DNA from: an uncultured Caldisericota bacterium
GTDB taxonomy: Bacteria; Caldisericota; Caldisericia; UBA6126
Assembly (NCBI GenBank): GCA_964427915.1
Contig: CAYRWA010000001.1
Location: 1,619 to 65,618 of the forward strand
Direction of reading: 5' to 3'
Length of the DNA stretch: 64,000 nt
The notes under the pieces were generated by a model. That model was given only the letters and a program-made list of their open reading frames with translations. It was not told the DNA's origin and searched no databases. Both the position numbers and the translations under genes were made by a program. Within the stretch, counting starts at the first letter, position 1; each line of letters opens with the position of its first letter. Positions 63,933 to 64,000 of the stretch are shown here, one piece after another.

Positions 63933-64000
63933 GAAGAGAAAACACTTTCCCCTAGAAACCACTGAACAAACCCTTATAATTATTAGAAAGTACTCAAAAG

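Overview
AT-rich, very gene-dense bacterial chromosomal segment with 55 recognisable protein genes. Many genes are joined by 1-11 nt start/stop overlaps. By eye I found no rRNA, tRNA, CRISPR array, transposase or integrase. Several blocks have Firmicutes/Clostridia-like gene order: rplS-lepB-rnhB-yraN, rsmI-metG-tatD, and rsmE-mtaB-rpsU...pgpH-ybeY.

Contents in order:
(i) 1-4901 (-): NuoE-like and NuoF-like genes plus a large fused [2Fe-2S]/GltD-like/molybdopterin oxidoreductase. The fusion gene runs off the window start, so it is missing from the ORF track.
(ii) 5.2-15.6 kb (+): two glutamate dehydrogenases of different subfamilies bracket two paralogous PPDK_N-type (PEP/pyruvate-binding ATP-grasp) dikinase-like genes, one of which is fused to tandem receiver domains. 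A class-V aminotransferase and a short SerA-like dehydrogenase follow.
(iii) Housekeeping genes: comM, rsmG, secD, secF, pcrA, rpsA, recG, murI.
(iv) 28.0-31.3 kb (-): five-gene flavin/Fe-S amino-acid/opine-oxidase-like cluster.
(v) 31.4-41.4 kb (+): one long operon encoding an FHA membrane protein, a PD40 propeller protein, suhB, a heparinase II/III-like protein and nadABC.
(vi) ABC-2 exporter with a 470-nt leader carrying micro-ORFs and an intrinsic terminator.
(vii) lipB-lipA.
(viii) rplS-lepB-rnhB-NERD-yraN.
(ix) 48.6-61.9 kb (-): a 13-gene operon mixing translation/RNA-modification genes with tpiA, a CofE-like ligase and a PQQ-propeller protein.
(x) Ferredoxin-fused etfB-etfA.

No canonical defence or mobile system is visible. 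The best candidates for undescribed biology are, in order:
1. The REC-fused pair of dikinase-like genes lacking the swivel-His domain, sandwiched between two GDH genes, with a coupled upstream micro-ORF.
2. The envelope/NAD hybrid operon.
3. The micro-ORF/terminator/antiterminator leader of the ABC exporter.
4. The membrane-anchored NERD gene inserted between rnhB and yraN.
5. The orphan CofE-like ligase.

All functional calls come from motif recognition by eye, not from database searches.
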